The notes under the pieces are model-generated. The model searched no databases and had not been told where the DNA came from. It saw nothing but the letters and a program-made list of their open reading frames with translations. The translations under genes were made by a program, and so were the position numbers. Shown here piece after piece: positions 1 through 10,987 of a DNA stretch of 64,000 nucleotides. Numbering within the stretch: the stretch's first letter is position 1; each line of letters begins with the position of its first letter. The stretch covers positions 57,846,001-57,910,000 of the forward strand of contig OX597817.1 of assembly GCA_951406725.2 (NCBI GenBank), in the 5' to 3' direction. The stretch is from Octopus vulgaris (taxonomy: Eukaryota).

Positions 1-684
1 CCCTACCTACTGTCTTCGGTGATTGACATTTTTATAGAGAACCCATTTCTCATCACCAGTCAGTCCAAAAAAGGTTCATTTGTGAGACGTGACAGCAAAG
101 AAGAGCACATATTCATTCTCTGTGTGCGATTAGACTCGGAAAGTTTGTGTGGAACCCATTGACCCAATTTGCCGACTTTTCCAATGGCACGCAGGTGTCG
201 ATGAACGGTTGAATGACCAAATGCAAGCTTCTCTACTAGTTCCTCTATAGTTACAATGGGATTTTGTTCCATCAGGATTTGCAGGACATCCTTGTTGAGC
301 TCTCCAAATCTTCCAGGACAAGGCACGTCTTCTAGGCTGTAGCCTCCAGCTCAGAATTTCTGGAACCACCATTGACCCTGGTTTATGCTTATTGTCCGAT
401 CCCCATATACTGCATTAATATTCCTCGCACTTTCTGTTGCATTGTTGCCTTTATTGAACTCATAAAGCAAAATATGCTGAATATACTCCTTTGTCACTTC
501 CATTACAGCTTTGAAAAAATAATTGTTAAATTGGAACTGCACTCTTCAAAACTTGCACTAAGAATAAGTCCAAAGTAAAATTACTACCTGCTTTTATAGC
601 AAGTTGATGCAGGTAGTTTATCCTATCCCCTTCCAACTTTTAATGTAATTGTAAAAACCGCATTATTTATAGAATGACCCAATA
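1..684 (-). mobile_element. Decayed mariner (Tc1/mariner) transposon, 5' part with left TIR
   Basis: Frameshifted ORFs 351-542 and 60-326 give mariner HTH sequence (ILLYEFNKGNNATESARNINAVYG) and WVPHKL. Bases 1-60 read TGDEKWVLYKN (first catalytic Asp motif) followed by a stop. TIR-like TATTGGGTCATTCTATAAATAATGCGGTTTTT on minus strand at 684-653. Confidence 0.93.
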
Positions 685-1485
685 TTTTAAAAATTCTGTA
701 ACAAATGAAGTTAGACTTTGTAGTGGACAAGTGTATCAGGGTGGTCTGTTTAAGAATTAGTGCTCTATGTAGTTACTTGATATGCTAGAAATAGCAGCTT
801 AAAATCTGTCCCAGTTTCTAGCTCTTTACCCTGCTGAGAACTAGAACCCAATTCTTGCTTTGTTTTGTTATCTACATAGAACTCCCCTGTTCCTTATCTA
901 CATATCTTGCTAACAACCAGAATGGAATGGTTTTTGTTGTAAGGCTCATGTGCTTCCTTGTTTTTTTTTTATGTACATCGCAGTCCTGTGGCTTGCCAGC
1001 TCATCATACTGTCCAACCCATACCAGCATGGAAAACAAACATTAAATGATGACAACGAGGAAGATGTTCACCTCAGTCCTTAGCTTTTCACTGGAGATCA
1101 GAACAGATGGTTGCTGTTGGGCCCAGGTGTTTAATTATTCACATATAACTGTTTTGGTCCTCACCTCTATATTTTGCTGACTGCCAGAATACAATGACTG
1201 GGGCCCACGTGTATTAATTATTTATGCAGAGTGGTTGGTGTTAGGAAGGGCATCCAGCTGTAGAAACCAAGCCAAATCAGACTGGAAACTGGTGCAGCTC
1301 TCTGGCTTATCAGATCCAATCAAACCATCCAACCCATGCCAGCATTGAGAGTGGACATTAAAGGATGATGATGTAGAGTTGTCCCAATTCCTAACTGGTC
1401 AATTTGCTAAGGACCAGCCCCTACAATAGTTGCTGTAAGACCCAGGTGTATTATTATGAATGTATATAACTGCTACAATTCTTAC

Positions 1486-1597
1486 CTGTTGCTCCAATTT
1501 CAGCATATGTTTCACTAATTTGGCTATTTCGTTTTGGGATGCTCTCGGAACGGTTTGTCCGACGCACGACAACACCATCCCCTGAACCACCATCAAC
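1486..1597 (-). CDS. Coding exon 6 of PAG1/Cbp-like transmembrane adaptor (gene continues left of window)
   Basis: Acceptor ctctctcgacttag|GTT, donor ACAG|gtaaga. 112 nt, phase 0 in and phase 1 out. Encodes VDGGSGDGVVVRRTNRSESIPKRNSQISETYAEIGAT. Confidence 0.85.
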
Positions 1598-2669
1598 CTA
1601 AGTCGAGAGAGAGAAACAATTTAAATAATTAAACTGAACCAAATAATAACAGCTTGGCAATAAGCTCACAAACATTTTCATTCACATCCATACACAACAT
1701 AAATATTTTCAAAGACACATAATGCCCTGCTTCTGTAAGACAACCCTTTGTTTAGAAATACACACTTCTAGATCGACTCTCAGGGAAAGATGGACGTTAA
1801 GTAATGGCTGGGAACTGAATTAATCCATATACACTATGTACAGTGAATTATATACACTCTCTCAAAACATAGAGCAAGTAATGTATATGTGTGTGTGTAC
1901 ACACACACACACACACGATCAGTTAACGTCTGTTTTTCCATGCTGCAATGGGTTGGATGGCAAGGCAGAAGACTGCATCAAGTCCATCATCATCACTTAA
2001 CGTCTGTCTTTCCATACTAGTTGAGGTAGATTTTCTGTAGCCGGGTGCCCACCCTGTTGCCAACCTTCACCCGTTTCCAAGCAAAGTAATTGTACCCCAT
2101 GACCAGACATAACAGTTGCTACCCAAGGACAAAAATTGTGTTACACAGTGCAATAGTTTTCATACACAGGCCTAATTTTTTTTTGGGGAGGTGGAAGTAG
2201 GGGAGGGAGAGGCAGATTTGTTGAATATTTTTCCTGGAAGACTTGAAACTAACAACTCCACTTATATGACAATGATGCTCATTTACATACATGTCGAGAC
2301 AAGGGTACACACAGAGGCTTCTTTCAGTTTCCACCCACCAAATCCATTCACAAGGCTTCATTTGTCCTGTGAATTATTGTAGGAGACACTTGTCTTAGAT
2401 ACTGGACAGTTGGACAGAACCTAAGACTGGAAATGATGTACACTGCTCATATGATAGTCAAGGTAAGGAAACAGAAATACATGCACGCACAATAGATTAG
2501 GGCTTCTTCCAGTTTCTGTCTATTAGTCACGAGGCTTTGGTTGGTTCGGGGCTATAGTAGAAGACACTTGCCCAAGGTGCCATACAGTGAGATTGATGTT
2601 GAGTCCATGTAGCCACCCACATAGTCACGCCTGTGCCTCATGTATATACACACACACACATTCTAAAGA

Positions 2670-2995
2670 CATAAGCGTTGGCTGGGTCATGCCCTCCATC
2701 ATCAACCAGGAGGATCCATCTACGGAGCAATTGCCCCAGCTCCCCTTCAGGGTCGGCAAAAGCGATGTGGTGGACAACGAAAAACCTGGATGATAACAGT
2801 CAAGACTGATCTGGAACCCAACTCAGGCCCTCATATCTACAGCGTTTGCCACTGGAATAAGGAGTGGTTGGAGATCATGCAGTTGTTAGCCTCAAATCGC
2901 CAGGTCTGGTCAGCGTTTGTGAGAGATGCAGCATTGAGGATGAAGCCAGCTCAACCCACCCCGGGTGAATGCTGTCTCAAGGCAAGAGAGACAAG
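2670..2995 (+). mobile_element. RTE-clade LINE 3' fragment
   Basis: Translates RWLGHALH...GGQRKTWMITVKTDLEP...LASNRQVWSAFVRD, a typical RTE C-terminus after the RT domain. Confidence 0.8.
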
Positions 2996-3894
2996 CTCTA
3001 AAAAGCTGGATTTCCCAAACAATTTAGTCAAGTTGTAGAACCAAACAACAATCGACTTTTAAGCTTACTCTGCACACCAGAACAAATACACAAATATTTA
3101 CAGAAAACAGAATTATTGACAACACTTGACAACCAGTACCATATAACCATAAAACTAGCAGATGCCATGGCCCCAGACGAACCCCTCCCCTCCTGCCACA
3201 TTAACCGATTTCGAATGGCGCGTTACATTTTTCACACAATTAGGTTTGACACTGAGTTGTCTCCCCTGCCTTTACTTTGATACAGATATAGCTTGTTCAT
3301 CATTTTAACGTCTCCTTTTCAATACTTGCATGAGTCAGACGGAACTTGCTGCGGTATATATTCTACAACCAGGTGCCCTTCTAGTCGCCAACCTTCATCT
3401 GTTTCTAAGTAAGGTAATATTTTCCCTGGAAGACTCGAAACTAACAACTCCACTCGTATGACGATGCTCATTTACATACATCATGTCGAGACAAGGGTAC
3501 ACACACACAGGCTTCTTTCAGTTTCCACCTACCAAATCCATTCAAAAATCTTCGGTTGTAGGAGACACTTGTCTTAGATACTGCACAGTTGGACAGAACC
3601 TAAGGCTGCACGGTTGAGAAGCAAACTTAATTACATAGCCACACCTGTCAGCTTTCCTTGACACAAATATAACATCATTCAGTCATCTAATTTCATAGAC
3701 AAATATATTTGTATCAAGGCAGTATTTTATAGAAATAAATACTTCCTGTAAAGAACTTTCACCTGTTTTACAAAAGGTTTTTCTTTATTGCAAGTGCATT
3801 GAGTGCACAGAGATAGTGCACAGGCCGTAAAACAAGCCCAACAACATATTTTCTTTTGTTCAAATGGGCTCATATGAAGAAGGCTAACTTTCAT

Positions 3895-4310
3895 GCACAG
3901 GTGTGGCTGTGTGGTAAGACGCTTGCTTCTCAACCACATGGTTCCAGGTTCAGTCCCACTGTGTGACACCTTTGGCTATCGTCTACAGCCTTGGGCTGAC
4001 CGAAGCCTTGTGAATGGATCTGGTAGCCAGAAACTGAAAGAAGCCTGTTGTGTGTGTGTGTATATATATATATAGATAGATAGATAGATGAGTGTGTGTA
4101 TGTGCCTGTCTGTCTGTGTTCCCCTCCACTGTTTGCCTACCGGTGGTGGTGTGTTTATGTCCACATAACTTAGCAGTTCGGCAAAAGCGACCGATAAGCT
4201 TTGATAAAAGAGTTCTAGGATCAATTTGCTTTAATCGAAAAGAAAAAAAAACGTTCAGGGCAGTGCTCCAGCATGGTCACAGTCAATTGACTGAAACAAA
4301 TAAAAGATAC
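3895..4310 (+). mobile_element. tRNA-derived SINE, family B (representative; more than 12 copies or fragments in window)
   Basis: Head with A/B-box-like GTGGCTGTGTGGTAAG...GGTTCAGTCCC, body GGCAAGTGTCTTCTACTATAGCC (partly deleted in this copy), internal (TG)/(TA) microsatellite, tail GCTCCAGCATGGCCACAGTC...GAAAC. Other copies at about 23252-23642(-), 37705-38060(-), 42280-42630(-), 43205-43560(+), 43607-43955(-), 46243-46608(-), 54640-54968(-), 60322-60762(-), 63580-63955(-). Confidence 0.85.
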
Positions 4311-4580
4311 ATCTATAAATGCATGATGGACTTTTATGCAGTTTTTATCCAAGGCTCGTATGGGAGAAGAAACTTGCTCAAGGTGAACATTTAATAATAA
4401 AGTAATAAATTGAAATGTCTGTCTCCCTCACTATTTTTGCACACATGTACGCGTTTGCCTTAGACACAACATAAGACTCTGTGGTTGCCAGATGAACTAC
4501 TTAACCGCACACACCTGCCTGCACCTTTATTTTATATCCATTAAATTCACTCTTTATAACACAAAACGGTTTGTACTTAC

Positions 4581-4702
4581 GGTAGCGTAGGTGTTCTCTG
4601 TTTCTGGAACAGTTTCGTACATGTTTAGCAGTCTTTGTCGGGCATTTATACTGGATAGTGACTCCCTGGCTGTCACTTTGGTGTAGGGGTATTCTGCTTT
4701 AG
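4581..4702 (-). CDS. Coding exon 5 of PAG1/Cbp-like adaptor
   Basis: Acceptor tctctgtctactttag|CT, donor TACC|gtaagt. 122 nt, phase 1 in and phase 0 out. Encodes (P)KAEYPYTKVTARESLSSINARQRLLNMYETVPETENTYAT. Confidence 0.88.
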
Positions 4703-5465
4703 CTAAAGTAGACAGAGAAGAAAAGAAATATTAAGGTAGAGGAGAGGGTTATGGCAAATGTGAGGGAGGGGGTTACAGGAGGCTAGGGTTTAAAAGAATA
4801 CAAGTTTATGGGGTGGATGTTTTGGCACTGCCTATTTGGTGGCTCTGATTCTCTTTTATGGGTGTGAGGAGAGGGAAAGGGTTTATGTCAATCAAGTTCA
4901 ATTAATAAATTTTAATGACCCACTCCTGCCCTTCTCTTTCCATTTTTGCGTATGTGTGTGTGTTTGCCACTAGTGCCAAAGCCATGAATGTTCAAGAACT
5001 GGTCAAATCATCCTCATTATCAAAATCCAAACAGCTGTGCCCAGTTTGCAGCACTTCTGAAATGGACAGGGAGAGGATGAAGAACAACAAAACCCCAACA
5101 CATGGACTCTTAGAGTAGGAAGCAGTGCAGAGGTAGTCTTCAACGTTTGGCCATTCAATTTCTGTATTCTTCAAATTTCCAAAAGGTCAATGAGTAACAA
5201 AGTTGAACAGACAGATCTCAAGACCCACCTGGATGCACACAAAGAAAACTTTCATTTCTTTTTACATTTGCAGACCAAACAGAGACGAAAATCAAAGAGA
5301 GGAATTTTAAAAAGAGATTTGAATAAGGACATTAAGTTAAAAGTGACATCAAAGACCAGGTTCAGTTGTTTGTAGCAGAATGTTTTTTTTCTACAAGCAA
5401 TGAAGGCTGACAGCTGATAATGTTAATCTGGTCAATGGATTAAATCTTGTGGTCAGTGGTGAGAC

Positions 5466-6025
5466 CAACTCTTTTGTTACCATATTTCTGTTGAAATAAG
5501 GAAGAATTTGTCAAAATAACTTTGTCGTTTTTAAGCTGAAGTTTGGAATGTAAATCAACATGTAATTTTGATGAAATTGTTTTAATTTTTTTTTTTAACT
5601 TTATCGTGCTGCTACTGCATAACTCTCTCTGAGAAATTTTGAAATGCAATCATTCTAATTTTGTAGAACAGTGAATTTATTTCATTTGAAATTCGATAAG
5701 TTTCCAACAGCGATTTAGCACCAACAGCTAGCAAGGCCAAGCTACTCCGGACTGATGAAGTGCAACTACCCTGAAACTAGTCTCTGGGTGCTGGCTTTGT
5801 TGGGTGGAGGTGCTTATCTCCCCTGTTTGAAAACTTAAGGACACAGAACGTTTGTGTCATGTAGCCAACTAGAAACGGTGTTTCTTGGGGCTAAATAGCA
5901 GTAGCACTTTTCCTTTTCATGGGGCTGCAATATTAAGTTGGCAACAAGCCATCACTTTATGTTTTGATTACTTTAAAACATGAAGATTATAACTTAGAAC
6001 CAGGGGTTGGTATCAAAAGGGTTAA
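5466..6025. mobile_element. piggyBac-like (TTAA-flanked) MITE interrupted by a ~360-bp insert
   Basis: Ends CTCTTTTGTTACC and GGTATCAAAAGGGTTAA match the ~230-bp copies at 38965-39196 and 45547-45774. Sequence ~5597-5960 is absent from those copies. Confidence 0.65.
5746..5788 (+). ncRNA. Minimal type-I hammerhead ribozyme (intact core)
   Basis: Stem I UCCGGA/UCUGGG; CUGAUGA at 5752-5758; stem II AGUG/CCCU (one mismatch); GAAA at 5773-5776; palindromic stem III ACUAGU; GUC cleavage triplet ending at 5782. Confidence 0.8.
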
Positions 6026-6409
6026 AAGATCAGAGGGACAGCAGACGAGTAAAGTGGTCAGCTTCAGCAGGAAATGTGAGAGGGAAACATAATATAATGA
6101 TCCCACAGTAGATTACAGGTACTGATTGATCTTGTATGCAGGATAAGTGGAGACTATGGCTTCACTTGACCTTCTTCAAAGAGAAAGATAAGTGACAATA
6201 GGCTTGAGAAATCACTTAGAGTTGGTGGTGAAGTCATGATATTCATACATTTCCCAATAAAAAAAAAGTGGTTTCAAGTGAGAGTGGAATCATGGGCTAG
6301 GGTCACCGAGAAGTTATTGAGTATGGCACGATAAGTGACCAGTAAGTGTGGATATTGTGCAATACATTGATCATTCTAAATTTGCAGAATATACAATATT
6401 GGCCACTTT

Positions 6410-6552
6410 ACTGGTGGGTGTGACCATTGGACCACTGAAGCTTGACCTAACACTAGTGGGTGTGGCCAGTGGACCACTGAATCTGGACTTAACACTAGTG
6501 GGTGTGGCCAATGGACCACTGACTGGGCCTAACACTAGTGGGTGTGGCCACT
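6410..6552. repeat. ~42-bp tandem minisatellite (~3.3 units)
   Basis: Unit ACTAGTGGGTGTGGCCAxTGGACCACTGA...CTAAC repeated. It explains ORF 6348-6578. Confidence 0.85.
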
Positions 6553-6824
6553 ATCAACACACAAAGCCTGTTTTATGAGACAAGTGTGTAGCAAAGTGGG
6601 CAGATGAGTGGGGATAGTGGTGGCAATGAAGGATTGAACCATGGAAGGAGGAGGAGAAAGTAGAAGGAAGAGTGAGAGATGAAAGCTGGAAGTCCACAAC
6701 TGCAAAATAAACCATGATTACGTTCACAGAATTAGTGAAAAATCTTTATGTATTAAAACATGTAGTGGTGGTCATATAGGAGATAATGGTAGAGGTTGTA
6801 TAACTGGGGTGGGGTGGGGGGATG

Positions 6825-7137
6825 TATTGGATTGCCAGATAAATTTGTTTTTTTTCCCACATTTATTTTATTCCCTTCCAATGTTATTTGAATTAATGCA
6901 AAAACATTTTTATCAACAACGGCATGGAAATGAAGACGTGGCTTGAAGAATTTCTCAAGTCAAGATCCAGTGATTTCTACTGTCAAGGCATTGGCAAGCT
7001 GATGGAGCAGTGAGTTATGAACAACGAAGGGGAATATATTATTGACTGGGTTGTGAAAATTGTAGATGATAAATAAAGATTAAAATAAATGAAAAAAAAA
7101 AAAAAAGAGATGGACAAAATAATCTGATAACCTGATA
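6825..7137 (+). mobile_element. Internally deleted mariner (MITE) with transposase C-terminus
   Basis: Imperfect TIRs TATTGGATTGCCAGATAAATTTGTT and GACAAAATAATCTGATAACCTGATA. Interior reads MKTWLEEFLKSRSSDFYCQGIGKLMEQ*VMNNEGEYIID, the mariner C-terminal signature. Confidence 0.75.
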
Positions 7138-7225
7138 GAAGCATAGGTTGTAGTGTGGGGACTAAAAGGGTAGTGTTGGTGTTGGGGTGTGGTAGTGTAA
7201 GGTAATAATCTGAACATTTACTTAC

Positions 7226-8289
7226 GTGGCTGAGCAACAGGCTCTGGTAAAAGGATGGGACCAGCTCCAGCTGGAGCAGCATCCACATGATCTGGTGGCG
7301 GGTTGTCACGGTTGAGGAAGTCCTCCTCCTTGTAGGCCCGCGGTGGTTCTGGTGGTGGTGCCATCAGTATATCAGGGGGTACATCTAGGGTTACAGCGAT
7401 ATTGTTCGGGCTTCTTGGCAACTTGTTCACTGTAGCGTAGTCGTCCTCGACAATGTGACCTGGCAGGTCATCAGGAGACAGGGGTGATGTGGTCTCGGGG
7501 ACTGCTATGTTGGCCGACGCTCCTGTTGCTGCGGCTATCGGCAGTAATACTGGCCCCGCCGCACCACAGCAGCCGTCCGTCGGTCTGCCGTCCACGCTAG
7601 AGTAAGGGTCCTCTACATCGGGTCTTGCCAGTACAAGGTCTCCCGGGATCTTGGAATACGGGTCGTCCGTGTCGTCGTCGCCGGGTACAATACTATAGGA
7701 GATGTCACGGAATGTCGCATCTGTCGGAGTGAGGGCCAGAGCCAGTGGGGGCGCTGCTGGTCGCTTCTTGCCGAGCCTTAGCGATGCATAAGTATTGTCT
7801 GCATCATCATCATCCTCTTCATCACCATCAACAGAGGCGTACAACTGCTCACTGCCATAGTTATCAAAGTCAGCCTGCGTCAATGTGATGCAGCCACTCT
7901 TCTTCACCACAACCGATGATGATGCTGTCCCCACACGGTCATACGCCGTGTCGTACGTATTCTCCCCTTCCTCTTCCACTCCCTCCTGCTCCTCGCGTCT
8001 CCGCACATCATTGTTGTTGTTGTTGTTGTTGCAACTGGTGCCTTTGCCACCAGTTCCAGTCCCTGGCTGTCCAATGTGGTTGTAAGGGTCCGGGTCCTTG
8101 TTCACCCCGTCCTCACTGGCTGAATTACAAGCGGGCAAGTGGCAGCTCTTGCGGTTACCATTGGGGAGTACATTGGGTGACTGGTTGACCATAGTGACAT
8201 CAGGTAATGGGTGACTGGTGGATGGACCAGGGGGAGACGGCAATTGACGACCATTTGGTAGCACGGAACCATCCATGGAACTAGGTCTG
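7226..8289 (-). CDS. Coding exon 4 (1064 nt) of PAG1/Cbp-like adaptor: acidic, Pro-rich, multi-tyrosine cytoplasmic region
   Basis: GC-rich 352-aa ORF. Acceptor ttttctcttcaacag|CAG, donor CCAC|gtaagt, phase 2 in and phase 1 out. Motifs RQLPSPP, YNHI, YDRV, YASV, YASL, YSIV, YSKI, YSSV, YATV, PPPEPPR. Confidence 0.93.
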
Positions 8290-8398
8290 CTGTTGAAGAG
8301 AAAAAAAAAACAGATATTAATACAGTTCTATATTTAAGGGATGAGGAATTATGAACATTATTTACATTTGATAGCTATTTGTCCTCATCTTGTTTGTT

Positions 8399-8444
8399 AA
8401 CACAATGTTTTGACTGATATACCCTTCAGCCTTCATCAGGTGTC
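8399..8444 (-). ncRNA. Degenerate minimal hammerhead ribozyme in inverted pLTR
   Basis: Minus strand reads GACAC CUGAUGA A GGCUG...CAGUC AAAA CAUU GUGUU. GAAA has mutated to AAAA. Confidence 0.65.
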
Positions 8445-8715
8445 TTGGGGAAATTTTGAGCCTGGGTCCTCATTCCTAAGGTATTTGTTCTTAAAGAAAC
8501 TAAAAGAAGCAGCACATATGCTTGGACACAACAACCTCCTAAGCAGACTGAGTGCAGATATGAGTAGCATATGGGAACCAGTATTAAGGAAGGATAGGAA
8601 AATATTAGATTTATAAGCCCTAAAACTTCACTCCATAATTGCCCATGCGCATATGTAACCCCAAGATTCCGAGTTCGACTCCAGGCAGTGACCTGAATAA
8701 TAATAATAACATGTA

Positions 8716-9208
8716 CATTGTTTCGTCTTGGTATAAAAGACGGGCTACAGCAAATATTCTGTTCAATACTACAGATTTACTTGTCAGTTGTTTGACCATA
8801 ACCAGTTGAGCATGTCCTTTAGTGGCTGACGATATGTGCATCTCTGATCACGAGCAGAAGTAGTGGGGGAGCATCATAGCCATGTGTTGAGAAGGATTCT
8901 TTGGGGTTTGAATAATTCACCTTTAGAAACATGGGTGGTTCATTCAACATCCTTAAACAACCTTTATTCGGGGATCTTTTGTGTGGAATGGGTTACTCGA
9001 TTAGAAGAAAATTCTAACTGAGCCCCACCTGCAAGGTCATGTGTTGTTTATCTTGATATGAGATCACCATGTCGCGTACATATGGTTGTGACGCATGTGC
9101 CTGGTGTACCCTATCAGACGGGTAATCATGATGGGTATAGAGGGCTTCATATATTTTACCCCAGTGTCACTTTGATGGTATGCACTGCTCTCTCACTCAA
9201 TAATAATA
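8716..9208 (+). mobile_element. 5'-truncated retroposon 3' end with (AAT)n tail inserted in an (AAT)n tract of the Penelope repeat
   Basis: Flanked by AATAATAATAATAA (8696-8709) and AATAATAATA (9199-9208). Separates the Penelope-like ORF end from the right terminal repeat. Confidence 0.45.
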
Positions 9209-9256
9209 TCGGAAAAATACCTTAGGAATGAGAACCCAGGTTTGAAATTTCCCCAA

Positions 9257-9299
9257 GACACCTGATGAAGGCTGGAGGGTATATCAGCCGAAACGTGTT
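9257..9299 (+). ncRNA. Minimal hammerhead ribozyme in pLTR (cleavage site eroded)
   Basis: GACAC CUGAUGA A GGCUG-loop-CAGCC GAAA C GUGUU. Relative to the inverted copy it lacks ~3 nt at the stem III/cleavage triplet. Confidence 0.7.
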
Positions 9300-10754
9300 A
9301 ATAACAAACAAGATGAGGACAAATATCCGTCAAATATAAATAATGTAAAAAAATATAGATATTAATAACAATTTGTTGCACAACAAGAAAAAGCAAAACG
9401 GCACAGACAACAATATATTACTGGTATTTACTTGATGAATCCCCCCTCTTCCTCTTGTGAAGATGCGTAGCTTAGTGGTTAGGGTGCTTGGCTCATGATC
9501 ATAAGGTTGTGAGTTCAATTCCTGGCGGTGCATTGTGGCCTTGAGAGCAAGACACTTTATTCCCTGTTGCTCCAGTAATTCAGTACCAGTAATTAAAAGG
9601 GTCAGCCATGTCTCATTCTGTGTCCAGCTGAATCTTCCTTAGAACTAAATTAAAGGTACATGGGTCTGTGGAGCGCTCAGCCACCTGCACGCTAATTCCA
9701 CGAGCAGGCTAACACCTGTTGTCATAATCAATGGAGTGCCAGCACTTCCTCTGTAGGGTCCTGAAATGGGTCACCAACGACTCGTCTAGAGGTCACAGCA
9801 TAAAGAGGTTTGTGTAAGGAAGGACATCCATTTGTAAAACCATGTCCGAACAAATACGACGCACACAACAGAGCCGGTTGGTGTTTCTCTGCTGTGCATG
9901 CTACATCAGTGGTTCCCAAAGTGGGCCGTGAAAAGATCCAGGTGGGTGTTGAAGTAAAATGGGGTGATAATGGGGCAATGGATGCAAAAAAAAAACAAAG
10001 AAAATAAAGGGTTAATTAGGTCAAGATTTATTTGTGTTGGTTCTAAGGTCACATTCCTAGTGTCCCCACCCCACCACCACAGACATAAACCATTTTCTGC
10101 TGTAAATTCAAAACATCATCATCGTTTAACGTCCGCTTTCCATGCAAGACCTCAGTCAAATCGTCCAACCCATGCTAGCATGGAAAGCGGACGTTAAATG
10201 ATGATGATAATGTTTCATCATCATCTGTGCTACATGATTGTGAAACCAGTCCAACCCATGCTAGCATGGGAAAAGAGATGTAAAATGATGTTGATGATAA
10301 TGATATCTATCTAGCTTAGCATACAAAGATTTGCACGAAATACATGGTAAGATTTTCAGCAAGAGGTGGACTAGGCTTGTAAGAGCATGCTCATGGTTCT
10401 GTTTTAGAACTTGGTGGGCACAGGTTCAACCCTTCAATTCCTTGATACAGTTAAGAACCTTTGGGAGCTCCTCAGCATCACAGTTATCCAGTTCATCAAC
10501 CACACCCTTCCCTTCATCCACCTTGGATGATCAGTGAAGGCCAATGAAACAGCAACCTTTTTTTTTTCTAGACAAAACGATTAAATATGGTTAAAAAAAG
10601 AAAAAATTTAATTCCTATCTGTAAAAATCTATGCCAGCTGATGAGGTCGGCCTGGTCAGATTACACTATACTAATGAAATTTAATAGATTAAAGAAATAT
10701 TTGGAATTGTCCCTGGTCTACGAATAATGGGAATTTCCTTTCTCAACAATGAGA

Positions 10755-10866
10755 TATAGAGAGATAGATAAACAAATAAAGACATAGATAGATAGATAGA
10801 TAGACAGACAGACATATAAATAGACAGGCAGACAGACATATAGAAAGACAAATATATAAACAGACA

Positions 10867-10916
<50 letters not shown>

Positions 10917-10956
10917 TATAAGAAAGAAAAATATATATATATATATATATATAGAA

Positions 10957-10987
<31 letters not shown>

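Larger units (their letters stand above)
8323..9347 (+). mobile_element. Penelope-like element remnant with inverted pseudo-LTR copy
   Basis: 8323-8486 is largely the reverse complement of 9215-9347. Between them the + strand encodes LKKLKEAAHMLGHNNLLSRLSADMSSIWEPVLRK*, resembling the C-terminal end of a PLE GIY-YIG region. Both repeats carry a hammerhead motif. Confidence 0.75.

Noticed and set aside
4915-5375. Short + strand ORFs with a CPVC motif
   Set aside because: Interrupted by stops, no recognisable domain or splice structure.
9907-10060. CAGTGGTTCCCAAA hAT/Charlie-like terminus
   Set aside because: No matching second TIR or TSD found.
10634-10685. CTGATGAGG...GAAA possible hammerhead
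   Set aside because: Stem II does not close next to GAAA, and no stem I partner or cleavage triplet is present.
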